A DNA stretch of 64,000 bases, taken from sequence record NC_031927.1, one strand, 5' to 3'. The translations under genes and the position numbers were made by a program. This document shows, one piece after another, positions 1 through 8,277 of the stretch. How positions within the stretch are numbered: the first letter of the stretch is position 1; the number at the start of each line of letters is the position of its first letter. The notes below the pieces were generated by a model that saw nothing but the letters and a program-made list of their open reading frames with translations, ran no database searches and was not told where the DNA came from.

Positions 1-804
1 ATTGCCACCAAGAACCGCCGTAGCCTCGGTATTGGTTACATTGGACTAGCACACTACCTAGCCAAGCATCACGCCAACTACGCCGACCCAGAAGCCTTAC
101 AGCTAGTCCACGATCTTACAGAGCACTTCCAGTACTACCTCATCAAAGCTACAACTAATCTCGCCAAAGAGAAAGGAGCTTGTGGTTGGTCTCATCGCAC
201 CAAGTATCATCACGGTATTCTCCCCATCGACACATACAAGAGTGATGTTGATGGTCTAGTTCCTAACAATCTCTCACTGGACTGGGAAGCCCTACGAGCC
301 GACTGTATCAAGTATGGGGTACGCAACTCCACATTAAGCGCACAGATGCCCTCTGAAAGCTCCTCAGTCGTCTGTAACGCAACTAACGGTATCGAACCAC
401 CCCGTGGCTATCTCTCCGTTAAGAAGAGCAAGAAAGGACCTCTCACGCAGATCGTTCCTTCTTATCAAACTCTTAAGCAGTATTACACATTGTTGTGGGA
501 TATGAAGAGCAATGAAGGTTACATCAACATTGTAGCTGTTATGCAGAAGTTCTTCGATCAAGCTATCAGTGGGAACTGGAGCTATAACCCCAAGAACTAT
601 CCTGATGGTGAAGTTCCAGTATCCGTTATGGTAAATGACTGGCTGAATACATATAAGTATGGTTGGAAGACTTCTTATTACCAAAATACATACGATACAT
701 CTAACGACGGCACAGAAGAAGCTCCCAAAGAGGAGACTATGGAAGACATCCTAGCCGAAGCAGAGTATTCTGATGATGACGATTGCGACTCTTGCAAGAT
801 TTAG
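1..804 (+). CDS. nrdA: Ribonucleotide reductase class Ia alpha subunit, C-terminal part (5' truncated by window)
   Basis: Frame 1 is open from base 1 (IATKNRRSLGIGYIGLAHY...). It contains AQMPSESSS, NATNGIEPP, KTSYYQ and a C-terminal CDSCKI redox pair. Confidence 0.97.
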   Translation: MATKNRRSLGIGYIGLAHYLAKHHANYADPEALQLVHDLTEHFQYYLIKATTNLAKEKGACGWSHRTKYHHGILPIDTYKSDVDGLVPNNLSLDWEALRADCIKYGVRNSTLSAQMPSESSSVVCNATNGIEPPRGYLSVKKSKKGPLTQIVPSYQTLKQYYTLLWDMKSNEGYINIVAVMQKFFDQAISGNWSYNPKNYPDGEVPVSVMVNDWLNTYKYGWKTSYYQNTYDTSNDGTEEAPKEETMEDILAEAEYSDDDDCDSCKI

Positions 805-807
805 ATC

Positions 808-836
808 TTGCGGGGTCTCCCCTTTCCTGCTATAAT
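808..836 (+). promoter_or_regulatory. sigma70-type promoter upstream of nrdB
   Basis: TTGCGG-N17-TATAAT with an extended TG. Confidence 0.6.
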
Positions 837-857
837 TAACACCTCTTGTAGAATCCT

Positions 858-2012
858 ATGACTGCCCATAACATCGATGGAATGACTGTATTTAATTCCA
901 ACGAAGTTGATACTAAAAAACAACCTATGTTCTTTGGACAACCTTTGGGTGTCCAAAGATATGATTCATATAAGTATCCTATTTTTGAGAAGCTAACACA
1001 GCAACAACTAGGATTCTTTTGGAAACCCGAAGAGGTTTCTCTCCAAAAAGATCGTTCTGATTACCAGAAGCTTCGTCCAGAACAGAAGCATATCTTTACA
1101 TCTAATCTAAAATATCAAATCCTCCTTGATTCTGTTCAGGGTCGTGGTCCTAGTATGGCTTTTGCTCCATATTGTTCCCTACCTGAACTAGAAGGTTGTA
1201 TGAAAGCGTGGGAGTTTATGGAGATGATCCATTCACGTTCCTACACATATATTATTAAGAACATCTATTCAGATCCTTCTGAAGTATTTGATACTATCCT
1301 TAAGGATGATCGTATCCTAGAACGTGCTACTGCCGTTACTGCTGCTTATAATGAGTTTATCAACGCAGCGCACGACTACGACTCCCGTAAAGTGTATGAG
1401 CAGGCACAGGAAGATGTGTCTGTTGCCCAGGAAGAGCGCCGTGAGCTTAAGCGTAAGCTCTATCGTGCTGTAGCAAATGTTAATATCCTAGAAGGTATTC
1501 GTTTTTACGTATCATTTGCTTGTAGTTTTGCCTTTGGTGAGCTAAAGCAGATGGAAGGTTCAGCTAAAATCATTAGTTTAATTGCTCGTGATGAGTCACA
1601 ACACCTGGTAATCACCCAGAATATTCTAAAAAACTGGGAGAAGGGTGACGATCCCGAGATGGTTGATATTGCTCGGGAAGAGAAGGAGTGGGTCATCAAC
1701 ACATTCCGTGCTGCTGTTCAGCAAGAGAAAGAGTGGGCAGAGTACCTATTCAAAGATGGTTCTATGATTGGTCTCAATGAGAAGCTTCTAGCCAACTATG
1801 TTGAGTGGGTTGCTAATCGACGTATGAAGGCAATTGGTTTAGAGCCAATCTTTGATGTACCAGCCAAGAACAATCCTCTCCCTTGGACAGAGCACTGGCT
1901 CAACTCCAAGAGCGTACAGGTTGCTCCACAGGAAACAGAGATTACCTCATACATTGTTGGTGGTCTTAAACAGGATATGAAAGAAGATCAGTTCTCTGGA
2001 TTCTCCTTATAA
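858..2012 (+). CDS. nrdB: Ribonucleotide reductase class Ia beta subunit
   Basis: FFWKPEEVSL, EMIHSRSY, LEGIRFYVSF, RDESQH di-iron motifs and VAPQETEI. Confidence 0.97.
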   Translation: MTAHNIDGMTVFNSNEVDTKKQPMFFGQPLGVQRYDSYKYPIFEKLTQQQLGFFWKPEEVSLQKDRSDYQKLRPEQKHIFTSNLKYQILLDSVQGRGPSMAFAPYCSLPELEGCMKAWEFMEMIHSRSYTYIIKNIYSDPSEVFDTILKDDRILERATAVTAAYNEFINAAHDYDSRKVYEQAQEDVSVAQEERRELKRKLYRAVANVNILEGIRFYVSFACSFAFGELKQMEGSAKIISLIARDESQHLVITQNILKNWEKGDDPEMVDIAREEKEWVINTFRAAVQQEKEWAEYLFKDGSMIGLNEKLLANYVEWVANRRMKAIGLEPIFDVPAKNNPLPWTEHWLNSKSVQVAPQETEITSYIVGGLKQDMKEDQFSGFSL

Positions 2013-2016
2013 ATAC

Positions 2017-2041
2017 AGGCTCCCTCAGGGGAGCTTTTTTT
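2017..2041 (+). terminator. Rho-independent terminator after nrdB
   Basis: GGCTCCC-TCAG-GGGAGCT followed by a T-tract. Confidence 0.8.
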
Positions 2042-2077
2042 ATGTCTAAATAGTTTTATAAAGTATTCATTAAAATA

Positions 2078-2521
2078 ATGTCTAGGGAAGAACTTATTGA
2101 ATTGGCACTACAAGGTTCTGTAATTGCAGAGCAAATCGAAGAATCTGCAGACATTTACATTGATATTGCAGAGCATCTACTAGCATCTGGTCACGCATCT
2201 ACAATCAGAGAGATTGACGTAATCCTTAGGGGAATGACTGTTGAGTCTGCTTCTGGTATTTTGGATGCCGTAGAGGGCACTCGGACGCTCTCTGAGGGGC
2301 ACAAAAAGATTGCTGCTGGATTGGAAGCTGACCCAGAGGGATATATGGTACTGCGCCAGATAGCCACCGCAGAGAACGCTTGCCTACGCATCAAGACTTA
2401 CATTGGTGGAGACAAGATGCTTCAACTACCAGCGTGGGTTCAAGCTAAAATGTCTATCGCAGCTGCTGACCTAGATACTATTGCTGATTACTTACTATCA
2501 GATACAGAAGCTACTGAGTGA
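2078..2521 (+). CDS. Hypothetical protein with LPAWVQAK...ADYL motif (T4-like cyanophage, probably late/virion)
   Basis: ORF preceded by late-promoter-like TATAAATA (2008) and CTAAATA. The C-terminal motif resembles conserved cyanophage proteins (from memory). Confidence 0.7.
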   Translation: MSREELIELALQGSVIAEQIEESADIYIDIAEHLLASGHASTIREIDVILRGMTVESASGILDAVEGTRTLSEGHKKIAAGLEADPEGYMVLRQIATAENACLRIKTYIGGDKMLQLPAWVQAKMSIAAADLDTIADYLLSDTEATE

Positions 2522-2527
2522 TTTATT

Positions 2528-2974
2528 ATGAGCACTGTTATTGCTGAAAACTTTTTAACACCTAATGGAACAGGAGTAGTCCCCGTAGGTACTGTTATTA
2601 TGTATTATGGTGCTAATGCACCGACCGGATACTTGGAATGTGACGGACAGTCTACATCTGGCTATGATGATTTATTAGCACTAATTGGTTCTAACGTGCC
2701 CGACCTTCGCGGGGAATTTGTAAGAGGTTGGGATAATGGTAGAGGTGTTGATACTGGTCGTGCTTTAGGTAGTACTCAAGATGATGAGTTTAAAGAACAT
2801 CAACATACGATTGATACATATCTTCTCCTAGATGGAGCGAACTTGGTTAACCAAGAAAAAGTCATAGCTGATGACGATAGATCTAATAGTGTTATAAGCA
2901 AAACCACTAATTATGAAGGTGGGACCGAGACTCGCCCACGTAACATATCATTGATGTATTGTATTAAATACTGA
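2528..2974 (+). CDS. Stand-alone phage tail collar domain protein
   Basis: VPVGTVIMY...APTGYLECDGQS...VPDLRGEFVRGWDNGRGVD...ETRPRNISLMYCIK. Confidence 0.9.
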   Translation: MSTVIAENFLTPNGTGVVPVGTVIMYYGANAPTGYLECDGQSTSGYDDLLALIGSNVPDLRGEFVRGWDNGRGVDTGRALGSTQDDEFKEHQHTIDTYLLLDGANLVNQEKVIADDDRSNSVISKTTNYEGGTETRPRNISLMYCIKY

Positions 2975-2977
2975 TAT

Positions 2978-3019
2978 AAAGACCTCTTACTTGACAGGGG
3001 GTCTTTTTTTGTGTAGAAT
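2978..3019 (+). promoter_or_regulatory. Overlapping terminator hairpin and consensus sigma70 promoter
   Basis: AAAGACCTC...GGGGGTCTTT stem with T-tract. TTGACA (2991) lies in the loop, followed by N17 and TAGAAT (3014). Confidence 0.8.
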
Positions 3020-3082
3020 CAGCCTTGTCGAGGGTGATAAGTGACTTTAAGTACTAAATAAATGATAATAGCTCTCAATAAT

Positions 3083-3238
3083 ATGGCTTTTAGAATATGG
3101 CATTCACCTGTAAAGAGTACTGTAGTTGAGACTTGGGAAGAAGTTTTTGTTTATTATCAGGTTCAACTAGCTACTGTAGGACATCAGCCAGATTATTGGG
3201 AAGAGATTTCAGAAGAAGAATATATAAAGAAGCGGTAA
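3083..3238 (+). CDS. Small hypothetical protein (51 aa)
   Basis: ATG..TAA ORF MAFRIWHSPV...EEYIKKR, downstream of the promoter and filling the gap; absent from the ORF track. Confidence 0.6.
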   Translation: MAFRIWHSPVKSTVVETWEEVFVYYQVQLATVGHQPDYWEEISEEEYIKKR

Positions 3239-3247
3239 ACCACTTCA

Positions 3248-3676
3248 ATGGTAGATTACGAGAATCCCTGGATGTATAAAGGGAGACCTTTTACTACCGA
3301 AAAGATAAAAAATTATTATGGGTTCTTATACCTTATTGAGAATAAGCTCACCGGTAGAAAGTATGTGGGTAGAAAGTACTTTGTACAGAAGAGAAAACCA
3401 AAAGGTGGTAAGCGAAGAGTAACTTCTGAAAGTGATTGGAAAAAATATTATGGTTCTAACGACCAGTTAAAAGCTGATGCGAAGGAGTTTGGTAAAGAAA
3501 ACTTCAGTAGAAAGATACTATCTCTACACGAAACTGTAGGTAAAACTAACTACGCAGAGACAGAAGCACTCTTTAAATACAATGTTTTAAGAGCAAAGTT
3601 AAAGGATGGTACTGCTGCATACTATAACGACAACATCCTCGGTAGGTATTACAGAAGGAACTATTGGGTGGACTAA
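3248..3676 (+). CDS. GIY-YIG nuclease-superfamily protein
   Basis: YGFLYLIENKLTGRKYVGRK matches the GIY-x9-11-YIG pattern; downstream conserved E and N residues. Confidence 0.75.
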   Translation: MVDYENPWMYKGRPFTTEKIKNYYGFLYLIENKLTGRKYVGRKYFVQKRKPKGGKRRVTSESDWKKYYGSNDQLKADAKEFGKENFSRKILSLHETVGKTNYAETEALFKYNVLRAKLKDGTAAYYNDNILGRYYRRNYWVD

Positions 3677-3699
3677 ATAAACCACCTGGTCTTTTTATT

Positions 3700-4407
3700 A
3701 TGAAGATTGAACTTAAAAACTTTTTTAAGTATTACAATGATGGCTTACCTCATCACAAAAATTCTATTGATAAACTAGCTGAAAAAATTGCTAAATTAGC
3801 ACCAGAACTTTTGGAAGATGATGCCGAGTGGGTTTCTATCTACAGAAATCAATCTGTTGATAACGATGGCGACCAAGAATTAGTATTACCTGTTCTCTAC
3901 TACCCGCAGACAGACAACTACACACAGCCCGAGAGGACGTGTAATTCATCCGCTTGTGCTATGGCTTTGGAATACTTCAAGCCAGGTACTCTACACGGTC
4001 CTAAAGGCGATGATGAGTATATTAGGGAGGTCTTCCAAGTAGGAGATACTACCGACCATTGGGTACAGACAGAGATTTTAAGAAATCACGGCATTGAATC
4101 TACATTCAAATATGATTTAGATTTTGATGACCTTGATAAAGAATTAGAAAACCGTAGACCTGTTGTTATTGGTATCCTCCACAGGGGACCTCTATATGCC
4201 CCGTCAGGCGGTCATATGATTGTTGTGATTGGTAGAACCGAGAAAGGTGACTACATCGTTCACGACCCATATGGAGACCTCTACGATGGATATACAAGCA
4301 CCGTATATAATGGTAGCTCTGCTGTATACGAAAGAAGAGTATTAGAAAAGAGATGGACGTGCGACGGTAGTCGTTCAGGATGGGGTAGAGTTTTTTTTCC
4401 ACAGTAG
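3700..4407 (+). CDS. C39-like (papain-fold) cysteine peptidase, probable cell-wall hydrolase
   Basis: QTDNY...RTCNSSACAM (Gln/Cys), GGHMIVVIG (His), IVHDPYG (Asp). The ATG at 3700 follows a late-promoter-like CTAAATA and is preferred over the GTG at 3664. Confidence 0.85.
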   Translation: MKIELKNFFKYYNDGLPHHKNSIDKLAEKIAKLAPELLEDDAEWVSIYRNQSVDNDGDQELVLPVLYYPQTDNYTQPERTCNSSACAMALEYFKPGTLHGPKGDDEYIREVFQVGDTTDHWVQTEILRNHGIESTFKYDLDFDDLDKELENRRPVVIGILHRGPLYAPSGGHMIVVIGRTEKGDYIVHDPYGDLYDGYTSTVYNGSSAVYERRVLEKRWTCDGSRSGWGRVFFPQ

Positions 4408-4916
4408 AACCACCTAACTCTATCTTAGGGGTTCTACCAAATTCAGGCATACAACTAATCAAAGAATTCGAGGGGCTTCACGTCCTAAGAAACGATGGGT
4501 ATATTCATGCCTATCCAGACCCACTCTCAGGAAATCTACCAATCACTATTGGCTGGGGTTCCACTAGAAAGTTGAATGGTTATCCGTTCAAGCTTGGAGA
4601 TAAAATAACCAGGTCTGATGCTGATGAATTACTAATACATCAGTTGAAGGATGAATACTTATCTACTCTAGAAAGAGAAGTACCTTACTGGAGAGAAATG
4701 AACGACAACCAGAGAGGAGCTTTGTTGAGCTTCGCATATAATCTGGGAGCACATTTCTATGGTAGTGCTGGTTTCAGCACAATAAGCCGTGTTCTTCGGG
4801 AAAAGGAGTGGAATAAAGTCCCTGATGCGCTATACTTATACCGAAACCCAGGCACAAGCGTAGAGGCAGGCTTGACCCGCAGACGCATTGCCGAAGGTGA
4901 TCTTTGGAAATCTTAA
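4392..4916 (+). CDS. GH24 (T4/P22-type) lysozyme reading frame lacking a canonical start before its catalytic residues
   Basis: Frame is open from 4389: ...GIQLIKEFEG...AYPDPLSGNLPITIGWGST...ALLSFAYNLG...GLTRRRIAEGDLW. There is no ATG/GTG/TTG in frame upstream of EFEG, and the track's TTG start at 4572 removes the active site. Confidence 0.85.
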   Translation, partial: FFSTVEPPNSILGVLPNSGIQLIKEFEGLHVLRNDGYIHAYPDPLSGNLPITIGWGSTRKLNGYPFKLGDKITRSDADELLIHQLKDEYLSTLEREVPYWREMNDNQRGALLSFAYNLGAHFYGSAGFSTISRVLREKEWNKVPDALYLYRNPGTSVEAGLTRRRIAEGDLWKS

Positions 4917-4917
4917 T

Positions 4918-5337
4918 ATGTTATTACCACTGTTTAAAGAAAGGTTCCAGGGCTTCTGGAACAACCAACGCCAAGCATACAATGACCCTCGGGGGCAGGC
5001 ATTAGTTCATGTTATCCATGAGTTTGATGTTGATAGGTATCTATGTTCTTATAGGTATCGTCGTCAAAAAAATCCATACAGATATTTTGAAGCAACATTA
5101 CACGATAACGATGGTCAGGTTATTTTAAAAAACCCCGTCCACGATATTATGTTTTATGTTCAGAATGGATGTTTTGTAACCAAGTCTAATTTCATTAGCC
5201 GTGGCGTGCGTTATATCAATGAAGCCTATCTAGGTGAAAACTATTACCACGTCAAAGACCAAGGTTTTGATTTAAAAACTGGGAAGCAAATTTGGGGTCT
5301 TGAAGGTGATAACTTCTATGAGTTTGATAGGACTTAA
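4918..5337 (+). CDS. cpeT: CpeT/CpcT-like phycobilin lyase (AMG)
   Basis: WNNQRQAYNDP, YRRQKNPYR and DQGFDLKTGKQIWG are T-type lyase signatures. ATG 4918 preferred. Confidence 0.75.
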   Translation: MLLPLFKERFQGFWNNQRQAYNDPRGQALVHVIHEFDVDRYLCSYRYRRQKNPYRYFEATLHDNDGQVILKNPVHDIMFYVQNGCFVTKSNFISRGVRYINEAYLGENYYHVKDQGFDLKTGKQIWGLEGDNFYEFDRT

Positions 5338-5533
5338 TCCTCTCTTCTAAATATTTGATGCAGTCGTCTAAGTTGTTAATTCTTTTGTAATCCATAAGTA
5401 GACGCTTATAGTACTGTCACACATCGCATATCATATGCGAGTTCATATGCTATTATTTATATGTTCTTTAATTGAACCGTGGTGTGTTGAGGGGGTTGTT
5501 CCCCCCATCAAATGTCGAATTCTATTACTTAAC

Positions 5534-6157
5534 TTGAAATTATTTACCCAATTTGCAGCAGTTGCAACTTCACTAACTCTGTCTAGCCTAGCTACATCAA
5601 CTGTCCCTCAGCTACCCGCTATGGCAGTTGAGACCGAAGAAAAGGCTACTGTTGTTGAAGCTGAGCCTGTTGTAGAAACTGAAACGCGGTGGGTTCTCCC
5701 TACAGCTAATCATGCAGAGACTAAAGTTCTCAATGCATTACAAGATCGTGGTATTGAAGACCGAAATGCTCTTGCTACTGTTATGGGAAACATCAAGCAA
5801 GAGTCAAAGTTTAACTCTAACATCTGTGAAGGTGGTGCTCGGGTGTCTTATCATGGTTGCCGTAGTGGTGGTTATGGTCTAATTCAATGGACCAGCATTG
5901 GACGCTATCGTGGTTTAGGTAGTCACGCTTATCGTATTGGGATGGATCCGTCCACGGTAGATGCTCAAATTTCGTTTCTCTTTACCGAAAGGCAATGGAG
6001 AGGAATCGAGCCATCACTCAAAACCAACGGTCAAAGCATTGGTTTCTATATGGGAAAAACATATTACTGGCTTGGCTGGGGTATACATGGTAATCGTACT
6101 ACTTACGCTTATCAATATGCTTCAAGGCTTACTAGCATTGAGGTTCCCGTCACATAA
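5534..6157 (+). CDS. Phage tail-type lysozyme (Phage_lysozyme2-like) with N-terminal hydrophobic/signal segment
   Basis: ALATVMGNIKQESKFN, GGYGLIQWT. The start is uncertain (TTG 5534 assumed; the track uses 5435). Confidence 0.75.
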   Translation: MKLFTQFAAVATSLTLSSLATSTVPQLPAMAVETEEKATVVEAEPVVETETRWVLPTANHAETKVLNALQDRGIEDRNALATVMGNIKQESKFNSNICEGGARVSYHGCRSGGYGLIQWTSIGRYRGLGSHAYRIGMDPSTVDAQISFLFTERQWRGIEPSLKTNGQSIGFYMGKTYYWLGWGIHGNRTTYAYQYASRLTSIEVPVT

Positions 6158-6179
6158 ATAATGCAGCTTATGCTTTTCT

Positions 6180-6566
6180 ATGGGACCTAAGTATGATGTC
6201 GAATTCTATTTTGGAGTTCGACCTGTAAGAACAATTCATTTATACATAACTGCCATCTTTTTGAGCTTGGCAGTTAGTTTAATATCTCATTACACAAAAG
6301 CAGATAAAAAAAATCTCTGGCTTATTGTTGATGAGATAGGAAAAAAGTATAACATTAGAGTTATTAACAAACTAATCCTTTCTGTTCCTGAACTTTTATC
6401 AGGACGTATTGACAATGAGATTGATAAAGCTATTGATGAATACAATAGTGTGCTAGAATTAGAAGAACCTCATAACACACCAATCTTTACAGAAGAAAGT
6501 GAAGGTGAAACTTCTCTTGGTGGTGAAATGAGACTTCGTTCTCCCTGGAATACAACTGACGATTAA
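6180..6566 (+). CDS. Hypothetical protein with one hydrophobic segment
   Basis: ORF after CATAAATA; hydrophobic stretch IHLYITAIFLSLAVSLISH. Confidence 0.7.
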   Translation: MGPKYDVEFYFGVRPVRTIHLYITAIFLSLAVSLISHYTKADKKNLWLIVDEIGKKYNIRVINKLILSVPELLSGRIDNEIDKAIDEYNSVLELEEPHNTPIFTEESEGETSLGGEMRLRSPWNTTDD

Positions 6567-6571
6567 TTATT

Positions 6572-6733
6572 ATGTCACGCTACGATCAAATTTTAAAAAA
6601 TCTAAAAGAAGCAATCTCCAATCCCCATCTATACAATGAGGAAGAGATTCGTTTTATGAAGACACAGCTTCGCGAACTAACAGAATCAAAGCAACAATTT
6701 CTAAGAGAAGATAAGAATGGATTTGGCTCTTAA
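6572..6733 (+). CDS. Small hypothetical protein (53 aa)
   Basis: MSRYDQILKNLKEAISNPHLY...KNGFGS fills the gap; absent from the track. Confidence 0.65.
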   Translation: MSRYDQILKNLKEAISNPHLYNEEEIRFMKTQLRELTESKQQFLREDKNGFGS

Positions 6734-7154
6734 AATTGTAGGTGAAACTTGCCTTACTGAACCATCAATAGTAATTGATGAAATTACTGACGATATTATC
6801 AATCTCTCCAACAAAATGAAAGAGAAGATGGTTCAGTGGGACGGTATAGGATTAGCTGCACCTCAAGTTGGACACAACATCCGCCTTATTGTTATTCGTT
6901 TCAGCAGCGGTAAAATACAGGAAATGATTAATCCTAGGATTAGTTGGACTTCTGAAGTGCGAAAGAAAAGCCAAGAGGGATGCCTAAGCATTCCAGGAGA
7001 AACTATTTGGGTTGAAAGACCATCTAAGGTTCGTGTGAAATTTCAGACTGCCGAAGGTGAGTTTAGATACTGGTGTCTCCATAAAATGGATGCCCGAGTA
7101 TTCTTACACGAGTATGATCACCTTGAAGGTATTTTAATGACTGACCGACTATGA
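6717..7154 (+). CDS. def: Peptide deformylase (AMG)
   Basis: All three PDF motifs are present: GIGLAAPQVG, EGCLSIP, HEYDHLEG. Confidence 0.96.
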   Translation: MDLALKIVGETCLTEPSIVIDEITDDIINLSNKMKEKMVQWDGIGLAAPQVGHNIRLIVIRFSSGKIQEMINPRISWTSEVRKKSQEGCLSIPGETIWVERPSKVRVKFQTAEGEFRYWCLHKMDARVFLHEYDHLEGILMTDRL

Positions 7155-7294
7155 GTTACTGGGAATTAGAAACAGAAGAATGGGAAACTGTCCCTGATAA
7201 TTATGATGGTGCCGAGAGTATCACAGTTCGTGGTAGGCTTGAGCACCTAGAAAGATCATATTGTATTGAGTTTCGTTACGAAGAGTATGAGTAG
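7151..7294 (+). CDS. Small acidic hypothetical protein (47 aa)
   Basis: ATGA overlap with the def stop; MSYWELETEEW... Confidence 0.55.
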   Translation: MSYWELETEEWETVPDNYDGAESITVRGRLEHLERSYCIEFRYEEYE

Positions 7295-7349
7295 ATACAA
7301 CATTATCTATACTATACTATATAATACATACACCATTATTATTAATTAA

Positions 7350-7673
7350 ATGGAAGAACGTGAATTTAGCGACCTGAAGATGGAACGTAAGGAGTGCGGC
7401 AAGTGCGGCGCTACTTGGATCAACGGTCAGCATATGTGGCATACCGGAAACAAAGGAAGTGAAGCAGACCTTGCCGGTCTTGTCTGTAATAAACTAGGTG
7501 ACTCCCAGTGTATCAACCCACTACGTGGCGATGAGAGTGGTGATACTTGGGAAGTCCGCGAAGGAGATCTTAGAGTTGGTTTCGATGCGAAGCGCGACCG
7601 TATGGAAGACCAGAGAGCACGTTTCAAGGAAGAGTATGGTGAAGACCCACACTTTGACGATCCACTTAAGTAA
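7350..7673 (+). CDS. Conserved cyanophage hypothetical protein (Cys-containing)
   Basis: KECGKCGATWINGQHMW...LAGLVCN...CINP pattern. Confidence 0.8.
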   Translation: MEEREFSDLKMERKECGKCGATWINGQHMWHTGNKGSEADLAGLVCNKLGDSQCINPLRGDESGDTWEVREGDLRVGFDAKRDRMEDQRARFKEEYGEDPHFDDPLK

Positions 7674-7754
7674 GTCTTAATTATGTGAAGCGATTAGCAA
7701 ACGGTAACCGCTTCATAAACTGGCATACCACTCTTTGCATGGGGTGATTTTTTA

Positions 7755-8006
7755 TTGTATGATGACTACAGTTCAAACAAACTAATGACTAATTTTATCT
7801 TGGATAAAGTTGCACCACCTGTCTTTTTTTTGGTGGTTGGTTTTGCCGCTATTTCTTCTTTATTGCACTGGATTATGGATCCTATTCAAGCTACTGATGA
7901 GTTACAAACCATTCTCAAGAATGAATGTGGTATGGAATACTCTACACAAGAGGTTAGGAGAAACGGTAAAAATCTTTCACGCATTTGTGGACTGAAAAAG
8001 AACTGA
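7755..8006 (+). CDS. Hypothetical membrane protein
   Basis: One TM-like segment; TTGCAT-N17-TATGAT promoter at 7735-7763 suggests the true start is the downstream ATG (MTNF...). Confidence 0.6.
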   Translation: MYDDYSSNKLMTNFILDKVAPPVFFLVVGFAAISSLLHWIMDPIQATDELQTILKNECGMEYSTQEVRRNGKNLSRICGLKKN

Positions 8007-8061
8007 CCCCTTCACAAATCCCCACCAACCTGCTATAATAACTAGGTAATCAATCAAGGAT

Positions 8062-8277
8062 ATGAGCCAACTCAGAACCAAGTTTCGTAAGTCTATCGGA
8101 ATCTTCCAAGATGCCGTTAACCGAACCATCGAGTTAGACTACTCTCAACCCAAGCTATATAAGAAGGTAAAGCGATTTTATGAAGAAGAAGGAGTTCGCT
8201 TCACAGGCGACTCCGTTGAAGACTACCAAATCATTTTAGATTGCATTCAAGAAGACCTTACCGTAGGTGCTGTTTAA
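8062..8277 (+). CDS. Conserved cyanophage hypothetical protein
   Basis: ORF preceded by TTCACA-N17-TATAAT (8011-8039) and an AAGGA RBS. Confidence 0.8.
   Translation: MSQLRTKFRKSIGIFQDAVNRTIELDYSQPKLYKKVKRFYEEEGVRFTGDSVEDYQIILDCIQEDLTVGAV

Noticed and set aside
1-2012. Introns or inteins in nrdA/nrdB (common in T4-like phages)
   Set aside because: The visible frames are continuous and nrdB is of normal length
4572-4916. Lysozyme annotated from the TTG at 4572 as an independent gene
   Set aside because: It would lack the catalytic EFEG...D...T segment encoded upstream in the same frame
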